Shown: positions 24,409 to 36,176, counted from the stretch's first letter. The stretch: 43,584 nucleotides of DNA from Tubiluchus corallicola (GCA_030141605.1 JAQGDQ010001380.1:1-43584), one strand, 5' to 3'. The notes: generated by a model not told the origin, from the sequence alone. Numbers and translations are program-made.

Positions 24409-24539
24409 CTAAAAAAACAGGAACACAATTTTATCAATGTAAAACAATTGCAGAAAATCTCGCAAATGGCTTAATAAAAGACTATTTAAATTTAATTTTA
24501 TAATTGTAGATGTACAATATATGAATGAATTTCACTTTC

Positions 24540-25133
24540 CAAACTTTTAAAATTTTAGTATCGTATTAATTTTAGTATCGTAATAGCTCGTGAAAGCAGT
24601 CACTTTGCTTCGGGTTTTTTCTTCTGACAAGCCCAGATCTTCGTCTGGAAGAGCCATCTACTGGATTTAAACATAACTTCAATGTGTTTTTGCAAAGTCC
24701 GTAGCAACCAACATTTGTACGGTTGCAAAGTGTTTTGTAGAAATGCGACAAAAAACAATGGCTGACTTTAACATTGATTTTCTCAAGATTATGTTTTTCA
24801 GTGTGCAGCCTGCACCTCAACTTCAACGTGGATTATCTCAGCTTAGAAATAACATAGAACAATGAACTTGGTATCAAAATAATTCCCATGAAATGAAGAT
24901 TCAGGGTGTGTGAATAACTAGAAAAGCTTAATTGTCGACTTATGGATGATTTTGGTATGCAAGCACACTCAAACGGACCTCAACTTCAGCGTGGATTATC
25001 TCAGCTTAGAAATAACAAAGAGCAATGAACTTGGTATCAAAATGATCCTCATGAAATGGATTCAGGATACGTGAATGTCTGGAAAACCTTAATTGCTGAC
25101 TTATGGATGACCGTGGTATGCAAGCACACATAT
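24540..25133. mobile_element. MITE family B, two tandem partial copies
   Basis: Homologous to 4240-4622; TGCAAGCACA ends at ~24968 and ~25130. Confidence 0.75.
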
Positions 25134-25343
25134 AGAAGTTGTTTAGCTTGCTTTTCACAAAGTAAATTATATATATATATAATATTAGCATTATATAAGC
25201 ATATTATAAGACATATATAATTAGCATTAATATATATATATATATTACATTTTTGTTGAGACCATTTACTTTATTTGGAGCAACTTAATAGTAATAAGAG
25301 TAATTTCTGTAGTCACTCTGTACACAACGTCTCTCAATTCTAC

Positions 25344-25472
25344 CTTAAACGGAGGCACGATGTGTTCAAAGTTTTTCTGAAACAGCTCCGCTGCTTTCTT
25401 GTAGTCACCAAGTTCCAACCAGCCAACAGTGAACATTCCCCACGTCATTGCCGGTCCGGTTGGACTTGTCAC
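25344..25472 (-). CDS. PGGHG: PGGHG-like exon
   Basis: VTSPTGPAMTWGMFTVGWLELG...PFK, 129 nt, phase 0/0. Confidence 0.92.
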
Positions 25473-25571
25473 CTAGAATGAACACGAACGGCTCATTTCT
25501 ACGCAGAATTCCACTTAGTTGAGCGTAAATGAACGTAGAATCGTTGCAGTAACGTTTTGTAAATGAACATA

Positions 25572-25890
25572 TCAGACTAAAGCATAAACAACGAGCCATG
25601 CGAATGTGATTAGACTAAAGAATAAACAAAAAGCCATGTGAATGTGATAAGACTGAAGTATAAAGAACGAGCCATGCAAATGTGATAAGACTGAAGCATA
25701 GACAAAGAGCCATGCGAATGTGATAAGACTAAAGTATAAACAAAGAACTGCGCGAGTGTGATAAGATTGAAGTACAAACAAGGAGCCAGGCAAATGCGAT
25801 GAGACTGAAGTGTAAACAAAGAGCCATGCAAATGTGATAAGACTGAAGTATAAACAAAGAACTGCGCGAGTGTGATAAGATTGAAGTAAA
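25572..25890. repeat. ~40-bp degenerate minisatellite
   Basis: Unit approximately AGACTGAAGTATAAACAAAGAGCCATGCAAATGTGATA. Confidence 0.85.
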
Positions 25891-26630
25891 CACTGATGAT
25901 GACAGCAGTGTCTCTGTCGAAATAATTTGACATGATTTTTTAACTATGTAAATTAAAAGTTTTGATAAAGTTGTAGTGTTTTAACTAGAAATGTTTTTAA
26001 GTGCCTGAAATAAAAAAAAATTGACTCAACGAAAATTTTCTTCTAACATCTGTAAGTGCCAATTCAACTGTCTTGCAAAGAATATCCGAAAATGACGATC
26101 TAAAAATGAGTTGCCCAGACGTTGCCGTAGAAACAATTTTTCGTTTCTGAGCAGACACGAGGAGGAAAAACAATTTTTACGGGAACTTATTCTTTGATAA
26201 AACCAAATGAGCTTTTGGAAATTTTCTGTAATTTCCGATTTTTTCAGGCAAATTTAGTTGGAGTCATTTCTGCCGTTATTTTTAGAAAATGACATCGAGC
26301 CCAAAATAATCTGTTCAAAACAACCAGCAATCTATTTCAGTCTGCGCATTTCTTACCAAAAATATTTTAATGGTCTTAGCCAATGCACAAAGAAAATTTA
26401 AAAAAATATCATTTTTCACAACAGTGTATGAATTTTCCGCAAATTCGAATGTAACCAAATGAACAGAGGAAAGAATATGCTTTAGCTTGCCCAACAGCTA
26501 ACGGTCATCCACCCAACACACTGCCGTAAGGTACAAAGCTTAACTGAGAACATCTGCCATATACATGTGTTATCAAATTTTAACAGCTGCTTTACCGGTG
26601 CTGCCATCTAGGGGTGAAAATAGTACTTAC

Positions 26631-26731
26631 ATCTTCGTATATAAGCAGATCATTTTTCCTAACTGACTCTGGCATATCATACATAAGAGGAAAACCCAGT
26701 AATATGACATCAGCCTGTTTCACCATATTAT
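26631..26731 (-). CDS. PGGHG: PGGHG-like exon (KQAD motif)
   Basis: NMVKQADVILLGFPLMYDMPESVRKNDLLIYED; phase 1/0. Confidence 0.92.
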
Positions 26732-26899
26732 CTGCAAATATAAATTTTTCACATACAATGCACAGTTATTTACAATATCAGCTGAACATCGACTGCTTTA
26801 CTGAATATCTTCGAAGCAGCGAGCAAAGGGCATACAGGCAAGTTTGCTAACACATAGAAAAGTGCCTTCTGCTGAACCCTTTCATTATGTTGCTGCTTT

Positions 26900-26973
26900 T
26901 TAACGTCTGCATATCTGCAACTTCTTGTGGTGTGTTACTAAAATAGAATCTTGTAAATATTAGTTTTATGTCT

Positions 26974-27011
<38 letters not shown>

Positions 27012-27095
27012 GAACATATACCAATGCACTCACACACACACAGACGAACACACACACACATGCACTCTCACACACGCACGCACGCACACACAAAC

Positions 27096-27135
<40 letters not shown>

Positions 27136-27290
27136 GTGCAGAGCCTCATAAATAAACATGTGCTTATATTTAGAAACCAGTTTTCACAAAAGACACAATA
27201 CTAGTCCATAATGTGCAATCATTTTATAAGACTGCAGGACAATCAACTAAACATACGTTTCATCAACGATCTACAAGTGATTTTGTGTGG
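26900..27290. repeat. Dispersed repeat with internal (CA)n; inverted copy at ~37820-38135
   Basis: CATACGTTTCATCAACGATCTACAAGTGATTTT versus its reverse complement at ~37824-37857. Confidence 0.7.
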
Positions 27291-28680
27291 CACCTGGCTT
27301 CAGATGCTGATTGGCTGGTTAGCGTTACTTGTTGTGAAGCAACCCCAATCCCACGGCTGTCAAACGTTTCAAAAACGTCTTGCGTGGCCGTAGCAGTGAA
27401 ATAAGCAGACCTGGGTAACTGAGCTTAGTCACTTGGCTTGGGCGGCGGTCTACCGCCTTCCATAGTGAAAGGGTTAAGTTTTTTTAGCCTTATTTCTAGC
27501 AGTAGAAATGGTATAAAGTACAGGTACTTATCCACTTATGACCTATGTGACTTACAACCATTCGACTTTACGACCCCGACCGCGACTTAAATGAAGATGG
27601 GGTGATTTTTCACATCACTTACATGCTGTCTTATTGCACGCAGGGCTTGCATTTTAGCAGTAACTCTGTATAAAACTTATGCGGTAAGACCTCGCTTAAC
27701 GACGCCAATGCATTCCAGCGAAACCTCCAATCTCTCGTACCATATTTAGTGACATAGTTTAAAATTCCCATTCTGATGTGGTTAGTAAGCATTAATAATT
27801 TATGATCACTAATTCACTGATCATTTTCGTGGGTGTTACAAGTTGAAATGTTGTAATAAATTGTTACCTAAGATATGGTTTCGCATTTGAAGCAAATGTA
27901 TAGTTATGATAAATTAACAAAAACATAGTACGTTATATGCAGATTGTATATTAGGTCTACAGGTAGATTTTCTATACGTATTAGTCATTCGTACCTTTCA
28001 CACACCCATATTTCAAATGCACGCGTTTTGTAAATTCCCAATTATAATTTCTGCACACAATGAAAATTACTTATATCATTATGTAAAATTACTTATATTA
28101 TGTAAACTTGACCTTTTGCGCATTTTGATGAATACTACACAAACAAAAATGTTTCTGCTATATTATGCTCTATATTATGCTCAAAGCAGACATTTTGCAT
28201 AAACAAACCTAATTTCACAGTATTAACTTTTAAACACGTGATATGATATGCACAAAATAATGCAACGTGTGCAAGTTTAAGACTATCAACACCAGTGACT
28301 CAGGAAAGGCAGTTTCAATTTAAAAGAAGGATACAGAACATTTTACCATCATTTGGAGAAATATTTAAAAGCAGCTCAGTACTGGCAGCATTCTTCGTTA
28401 CTTTGTGGTGAAATTTGGATGAAAGTTTATTGCCTTATTACTAAAGATTCTATACCAAGTGCTGCTAATTGTGAATTACTATTAGAACTATTATTGCTCG
28501 GTCTTAGTTACTTACAACAAACTAGACAATTCTTAGTGATCTATAAATCTGCTTTATTCAACACGACAAAACTGAAACTGTGAATTAATCTGAGCTTGGT
28601 TCAAGTTGAGAAACGTGGCTATACCATTTCAGAAGAGTCAACTTTTATTTTCATTGCTGTTCCAATTATTTGTGCCACAG

Positions 28681-29260
28681 ATGAAGTCGTCAATCAAAGT
28701 TGGATTTTATCTGATGTCTCTGATCACGGTGTGTAGTGGATGGAGCGCATGTGATGATCCGTCTTGGCAGTGCAGATGTGATTATTGGGAAGATTTGGAT
28801 TGCTTTTGGGGAAATTTGTCCCTAACAGACGTACAGAATATTTCAAATACATTACCAAAAGATATCGACATGCTCACGATTTACAACTATTCAAACAGTG
28901 AATTTCCAGACAAATTTTTGGCAGGAGAAAAGATGAACACTTTGCACATTAGTCACTCCAAGCAGCTGAAACGCATCAATGAAACCAGTATAGCAGCTGA
29001 CATCAGGATATTAGCCTTGCGTGCCCTCAGTGCTTTAGAGACAATTGACTCAATGGCATTCCAAGCAATTACAAGACTGGAGGCTCTATATATTTTGGAC
29101 TGCTACCAGCTGACATCGATTACTGGGCACTTGTCTTTTACACAAAGTCCAAATCTGATTCACATTTACATTGAACGGACATCCATGGAAATACTTAAGG
29201 AGCCAAAACTACACAGCAGCGTACTGAATAGCAGCAATTTTGTACGGATTAACTTTTGGG
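28681..29260 (+). CDS. Nested LRR-mucin paralog 2, exon 1
   Basis: Signal MKSSIKVGFYLMSLITVCSG, cap CDDPSWQCRC, LRRs colinear with paralog 1; donor G|GTGAGT, phase 1; a CAG acceptor directly before the ATG suggests an upstream UTR exon. Confidence 0.85.
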
Positions 29261-29491
29261 GTGAGTTCAATTCAAATTTTTGACTAACAACTTTCAGCAG
29301 AGCACGAAGCCAGTGTGGTCAATTGAATACATTTATGTGTCATAAGATTTAATGAAAACAGTGTCCTTATAATAGGTGAGCAAGTTTGTCTTACGTGATG
29401 CTTTAGGTAAAACTTCTTTCACTATTCTTATAAGTTTTGTATTTTAATGGTTGTTTTGCTGTTGTTGTTATCGTTGTTGCCATTTTTATAG

Positions 29492-30540
29492 AAAATAATT
29501 TCACATGCGACTGTGACATCAGTTGGGTTTTCAACAAACCGTGGAAACTAGTAAGAGATTTTCAATGCCGACAATCAGAAAATGGAAATTACAAAACAGC
29601 TACAAAAGCAGACTTTGACTATTGTTACGATGCAACAAACCAAACCACTGAGTCATCTACAGAGAGCTCAACCACTGAACCGTCTACAGAGAACTCAACC
29701 ACTGAGCCATCTACAATGAGCTTAACCTCTGAGTCGTCTACAGTGAACTCAACCACTGAGTCATCTACAGAGAACTCAACTACTAAGCCGTCTACAGAGA
29801 ACTCAACCACTGAGTCGTCTACAGAGAACTCAACCACTGAGTCGTCTACAGAGAACTCAACCACTGAGTCATCTACAGAGAACTCAACCACTGAGCAGTC
29901 TACAGAGAACTCCACCACTGAGCCGTCTACAGAGAACTCAACCACTGAGCCGTCTACAGAGAACTCCACCACTGAGCCGTCTACAGAGAACTCAACCACT
30001 GAGCCGTCTACAAAGAACTCAACCACTGAGCCGTCTACAGTGAACTCAACCACTGAGCCGCCTACAGAGAACTCAACTACTGAGCTGCCTACAGTGAACT
30101 CAACCACTGAGTCGTCTACAGTGAACTCAACTACTGAGCTGCCTACAGTGAACTCAACCACTGAGCCGTCTACAGTGAACTCAACTAGTGAGCCGTTTAC
30201 AGAGAACTCAACCGCTGAGTCGTCTACAGTGAACTCAACCACTGAGTCGTCTACAGGGAACTCAACCACTGAGTCGTCTACAGGGAACTCAACCACTGAG
30301 CCGTCTACAGAGAACTCAACCACTGAGTCGTCTACAGAGAACTCAACCACTGAACCGTCTACAGTGAGCTCAACTAGTAAGCCATGTACAGTGAGTTCAA
30401 CCACTAGGCCACCTACAAAGAACTCAATCACTACAACATCAGCTAGCTCTTCAAGTGAGCTGTATGGCACACAATGTAAACTGAATGAAGTCTTTGCACT
30501 AGTATTCTTAGTTTTAGCAAGTCACCTTTTTTACCTGTAA
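29492..30540 (+). CDS. Nested LRR-mucin paralog 2, exon 2 (LRRCT, acidic STENSTTEP stalk, hydrophobic tail); spliced protein 542 aa
   Basis: TTTTATAG|AA gives ENNFTCDCDISWVFNKPWKL; 27-bp repeats; ends VFALVFLVLASHLFYL; AATAAA at 30765. Confidence 0.85.
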
Positions 30541-31704
30541 AAATGCCACCAATACAGCTATTCTCAGTAAAAAGACATTAGCACCGCCATAGTCATTCAG
30601 TAAAAGCGCCGCGTGGCTAAAAGCAGCCACATTAGAAGTGATAGTTACGAATCAATATCATAAATTGAAAGTAATAATTTAGCCTCATCATAACATAGTG
30701 AAAGATTCATCCCAGACCGTAAAAGTTCTGACAGTCTTTCCTGCATGTGATTTATTCCTTTTTAAATAAACAAGGCGCTTCATTTTGAGAGGGGAGATTT
30801 TCTGTGTTAAAAAGTCTTGAAGTTGAAAAAGGAAGTTAATTTTTGAAAGTCAACAAAATTCAAGCTAACAAAGAACTGAGGGAAACCCTCATAATTGTTA
30901 TTACTGTTCTTTTATCCACTGACCAGTGGCCAACCATAAGAGCCAGTAATTCTATTGCTAAGTGTGTTGCTATAGATAAGAATAGGTAGAAAAACAATTA
31001 CACTAGTTAGAGATGTAAGTCTTTGGGAAGCAATAAGATGGATCATGTCAGAGATTAGAAAATTAAGAAGTTGAAGTGATGCTAAACTATTCAGGTTGGT
31101 GATTGTGTGTAAAGCAGATAGACGACCATTTTATACTATTAACATAATAATATGCCATAATAATATAACATGATATACACATTCATTATGTGTGCACAAT
31201 AGCCAGCACTGCTGTTAGATGTTGCGTTTGTCAACAGTAATATTATATTGCGAATGAAATATAATCAAGGAAATGGTTTGTGTCAGCATTTTCCTCTCCA
31301 GAATTCGTCCATGTTTGTCAGGATAAATTATTGTTACAATAAAATTAATATTTTATAATTTAAATATAGCTTTTGTTTTTTAATCTAACGAGGAGAGTTT
31401 ACACAGACTGTGTTTGTTTTAAAATAAATATTTGCTTATATCTTAAAAGCAGTCAACAAGTAGACATGTTTTAGCTACGAGCATGCAGATGCATAGCACA
31501 CTTGGCTAATCTAAATTTTATTAACGTGACTCTCAATCAATTAATCAATTTATTTCACTCCAGCAATACATATACAATACATCAACATACAATATTATTG
31601 AAACAAAAAGAAACAGTATAGGTAAAAAACCCATTTATGAAGTCAAATTAACCAATAGAAAAGAGTTGCTGTATGACACCTTGAAAGCTTGGCTTGTTAG
31701 GGTG

Positions 31705-31985
31705 GCGCAAATGAGTGAATGAAAGAATGGTTAGGGTTAGTAGACATGATGGAATGGAAAAAAATAGTAAGATTAGGGATAGGAAGAAGGAATGGAGGGG
31801 AGGATGAGTGAATGAAAGAATGGTTAGGATTAGTAGACATGATGGAATGAAAAAAATAGCAAGATTAGGGATAGGAAGAAGGAAGGGATGGGAGGATGAG
31901 TGAATGAAAGAATGGTTAGGGTTAGTAGACATGATGGAATGGAAAAAAGTAGTAATATTAGGAATAGGAAGAAGGAAGAGAAGAA
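31705..31985. repeat. ~92-bp purine-rich tandem repeat x3
   Basis: ATGAGTGAATGAAAGAATGGTTAGG...GGATAGGAAGAAGG repeated. Confidence 0.85.
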
Positions 31986-32235
31986 ACGACCACAGTGTAT
32001 GTTTAATTTACATAGAGCTATATTAAAATAGCATTATAAATGACTGGAGGCTATAATTTATATAATAAGCACGTTTAATAATTGCACTGTTTACATTACT
32101 AATGCATTTTTAGAACAGAATAATGCAATATATGCCATTCTGATGCTTCAAATAAGTAAAAATGTCGCTGAAAAATGAAAATTGGTTTCAGCAAAGTTAA
32201 AATGAAATGTGTGTTATTAATTGGGAAAAGGTGAA

Positions 32236-33280
32236 ATGTTCAAGGTCGTTAAAACAAAACGTTGCTAAACAGGGAGTCGGTAATCTAATGTTCAGGGTCG
32301 TTAAAACAAAACGTTGCTAAACAGGGAGTCGGTAATCAAATGTTCAGGGTCGCTAAAACGAAACGTCTCTAAACAGGGAGTCGGTAATCTAATGTTCAGG
32401 GTCGTTAAAACAAAACGTTGCTAAACAGGGAGTCGGTAATCAAATGTTCAGGGTCGCTAAAACGAAACGTCTCTAAACAGGGAGTCGGTAATCTAATGTT
32501 CAGGGTCGTTAAAACGAAACGTCTCTAAACAGGGAGTCGGTAATCTAATGTTCAGGGTCGCTAAAACGAAACGTCTCTAAACAGGGAGTCGGTAATCAAT
32601 GTTCAGGGCGTAAACGAAACGTCTCTAAACAGGGAGTCGGTAATCTAATGTTCAGGGTCGTTAAAACGAAACGTCTCTAAACAGGGAGTCGGTAATCTAA
32701 TGTTCAGGGTCGTTAAACGAAACGTCTCTAAACAGGGAGTCGGTAATCAATGTTCAGGGTCGTAAAACGAAACGTCTCTAAACAGGGAGTCGGTAATCTA
32801 ATGTTCAGGGTCGTAAAACGAAACGTCTCTAAACAGGGAGTCGGTAATCTAATGTTCAGGGTCGCTAAAACGAAACGTCTCTAAACAGGGAGTCGGTAAT
32901 CTAATGTTCGGGTGCTAAACGAAACGTCTTAAACAGGGAGTCGTTATGTTCGGGTCGTAAAAAACGTCTCTAAACAGGGAGTCGGTATTAATGTTCAAGG
33001 TCGTTAAAACAAAACGTCTCTAAACAGGGAGTCGGTAATCTAATGTTCAGGGTCGTTAAAACGAAACGTCTCTAAACAGGGAGTCGGTAATCTAATGTTC
33101 AGGGTCGTTAAAACGAAACGTCTCTAAACAGGGAGTCGGTAATCTAATGTTCAGGGTCGTTAAAACGAAACGTCTCTAAACAGGGAGTCGGTAATCTAAT
33201 GTTCAGGGTCGTTACAACGAAACGTCTCTAAACAGGGAGTCGGTAATCAAATGTTCGGGCTCGTTAAAATGAAACGTCGC
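32236..33280. repeat. 52-bp minisatellite x ~20 derived from transposon subterminal sequence
   Basis: Unit AATGTTCAGGGTCGTTAAAACGAAACGTCTCTAAACAGGGAGTCGGTAATCT; runs into the right TIR. Confidence 0.92.
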
Positions 33281-33780
33281 TAAGCGAGGACTTACTGCAA
33301 ATTTAAATTCCAGCATTGACGGTTAGACGCAGCCATTTTAACGGTGAGTCGCTTGAAACAAGTTTAGATAACAAAGTTTAAAAATACACAGAGCATCCGT
33401 AGCACATGTTGTCAATAAGATCAAAAATAGTTTTTTTGCGAGCCTGTGGTGCGCGCTGGGAAGTTGAGTCGGTAATGCTTTACCAGTCGACACATCTAAT
33501 TTATCTTAAATTGTTAAGTTCTTTCTAGTTAAATAAGTCTTATAAGCAGGTGAGGGTAATGCAAAGTAATATGACTTTGTGTGGAAAGTTTCTTGGGGAG
33601 CACTTGAATATTGTTTTTTCTTCCCTATTAAGCAAAGCAGCTCTCAGTAAAACTACATTAGTACAGCAGTTTTCTCCATTATCATGGAAGCAACCACGAC
33701 TGCTGTTATATTGATCATACTCATTCACAAAAAAAAGCAAAATAAGCAAAAACAACCAACTTACTAACTAACTAACTTAC

Positions 33781-34020
33781 TAGGCTTTCCCTCTGCGCTC
33801 AACGTCTCGTTATCCTTGAAGTTGTACCCGTCAAACTCTGGATGATACTGGTACGTATGACTGAAAGGCATGTGCAACTTCTCGGCAATTTCCGACCAAC
33901 TCTTGGGAAATGTCTTCTCCGGATATGTCCTCTTCGGAAGCGTCAGACTGAGGTTGGCGACGTAGTTGGTGTAGATGGAGTTGTTGACTGGAAAGTGCCA
34001 TTCGTCCGGCGGCATAACTC
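33781..34020 (-). CDS. PGGHG: PGGHG-like exon with catalytic PDE motif
   Basis: GVMPPDEWHFPVNNSIYTN...YHPEFDGY; 240 nt, phase 1/1. Confidence 0.92.
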
Positions 34021-34266
34021 CTGGAGAAGAGAAAGATAAGAAGTCAGGTAAGAGTGGAAATCTTCTTTGTAGTAACTGATGAGAGGCGCTAAATTAGAAA
34101 AATCAATTTAGATAAATAAAAAAACTTTGCCCATACCATGGAAATAAATACATACGATAACTCTTACTACATGCATGCCAAGGTCATCTTACTGAACTTA
34201 TAATCAAATGACAAAATTACCGACAAACATTAACATTTTAGCGGACACACGTCTCGAAATACAAAC

Positions 34267-34464
34267 CATAAATGTTGTATTCCTCCCCGTCCCACCATGC
34301 ACGACTTTCCCAAAACGTTGCAATCTGTGTAAGCACCTCCTCCGCAGAATCCTTAAATGCCGGGTCGATGGTCATCGTCAAGTACTGCCAGAATGCGAAG
34401 GCGATGTCTCCGGTGATGTGGTGCTCCAATGAAGTCGCAGGGTACCACGGACACACATCAATAC
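34267..34464 (-). CDS. PGGHG: PGGHG-like exon
   Basis: GIDVCP...EHHITGDIAFAFWQY...IATFWESR; phase 1/1. Confidence 0.92.
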
Positions 34465-34514
34465 CTAAAATATGTTTCATATCCACAGTTTCTTTTGAAA
34501 AATCAAAAATCATT

Positions 34515-35415
34515 AGTAGACAGGGCCACCCTTAGGAGGTTTCGGACCCTACTGGAAACAATTTTGGTAAGCCAAAAATTCCCAGTTAGCAGACAGGGCC
34601 ACCCTTAGGAGGTGTGAGGCCTAGTGGAAACAGTTTTGGTAGGCGCCAGGTTACGAACTAGTAGATAGGGCCAGCCTTAGGAGGTTTCGGACCCTACTGG
34701 AAACAATTTTGGTGAGCCAAAGGTTCCCAGTTAGCAGGACAGGGCCAACCTTAAGAGGTGTGCAAGACCCTACTGGAAAGAATTTTGGTAGGCGCAAGTT
34801 TCCGAACTAGTAGACAGGGCCAGACTTAGGAGGTTTGGGGCCCTACTGGAAACAGTTTTGGTAGGTGCCAGGTTACGAGCTAGTAGACAGGGCCAGCCTT
34901 AGGAGGTTTAGGCCCTACTGGAAACAATTTTGGTGAGCAAAAGGTTCCCAGTTAGCAGGACAGGGCCAACCTTAAGAGGTGTGCGAGACCCTACTGGAAA
35001 GAATTTTGGTAGGCGCAAGGTTCCGAACTAGTAGACAGGGCCAGCCTTAGGAGGTTTCGGACCCTACTGGAAACAATTTTGGTGAGCCAAAGGTTCCCAG
35101 TTAGCAGGACAGGGCCAACCTTAAGAGGTGTGCGAGACCCTACTGGAAAGAATTTTGGTAGGCGCAAGTTTCCGAACTAGTAGACAGGGCCAGACTTAGG
35201 AGGTTTGGGGCCCTACTGGAAACAGTTTTGGTAGGTGCCAGGTTACGAGCTAGTAGACAGGGCCAGCCTTAGGAGGTTTAGGCCCCTACTGGAAACAATT
35301 TTGGTAAGCCAAAGATTACCAGTTAGCAGACAGGGCCACCCTTAGGAGGTGTGAGGCCCTACTGGAAACAGTTTTGGTGAACACTGCAAGTAGGTTCCCA
35401 GATAGTAGACAGGAC
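34515..35415. repeat. ~73-76-bp satellite x ~12 with three monomer variants
   Basis: Each unit contains ACAGGGCCA..CTTA.GAGG...CCCTACTGGAAA. Confidence 0.9.
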
Positions 35416-35992
35416 CAGCTGGCGCCATCTTGCGAAATTAAGTTTCTAGAATCGGGAAAATATAATACCACAGCCTTTCTATACCTACAACAGTATGAAT
35501 GCAATCATAATATGCAATTAAAAAGTAGTGATGCATGATGCAAGTCAATGAACTCAACAGCTACATTTTTAGCCAAAACAATTTATAATACAAGACATAC
35601 AAGACAGTAATTTAGTCACATCATACTGTTACAAGAATCCTATAGGTTTTATAGATATTTAAAAACTCGCTTAATCACCTAGGCAACGGAGCGATTTCGC
35701 GTCTGCGTACTGCTGCGTGATACGTATTCGGTAGGTAGCGATCGGGTGCAAATGAATACGGATCGCGCACACGCAACACGGATTACGCATTACGCATCAC
35801 ACAGAAACACTTCTACGTGTTTAGATACAAATTGTTGTACATGCGTTACGGATCACGCATCATGCATTACGTATTACATGCACATGGTGTTGTACTTTAA
35901 GGAGTTTTATTATCACAAAAAGACAATTTGAGAAGACTACAGGCTGTACAGGTTATCAAGATTTTAATAGAGTAATAGCTTTAGATTGGTAC

Positions 35993-36176
35993 CAGTAAAA
36001 GCACTTTCCCAAGGGTACATTGCTCCTGACCAAGTGAAATTCTTCGCCTTCTCCTGCGCCCCCTTTAGATGAAGAATTCGTATGCGCAGCTGCAGACGAG
36101 CCATTTCCGGTTGCAGGAGCAAGATGGGAGGAAACATCCAGGTTTCCTGATCCCAGAAAACATGTCCCAAATAGTC
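35993..36176 (-). CDS. PGGHG: PGGHG-like exon
   Basis: DYLGHVFWDQETWMFPPILL...GAMYPWESAFTG, canonical GH65 motifs; phase 0/1. Confidence 0.95.

Larger units (their letters stand above)
27682..33297. mobile_element. 5.6-kb TIR-bounded block (pogo/Tigger-like ends, no transposase seen) containing LRR-mucin paralog 2
   Basis: 23-bp TIRs CGGTAAGACCTCGCTTAACGACG / CGTCGCTAAGCGAGGACTTACTG (3 mismatches); its flanks join to match the contiguous repeat copy at 43085-43385. Confidence 0.75.

Noticed and set aside
4294-24826. Repeated MKLRCRLHTEKHNLEKI ORFs at 4294, 21750 and 24572
   Set aside because: Short chance frames within copies of MITE family B; no transposase motifs
12586-30470. Minus-strand Val/Asp/Glu-rich ORFs at 12586-13092 and 29625-30470
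   Set aside because: Antisense shadows of the 27-bp mucin-stalk repeats
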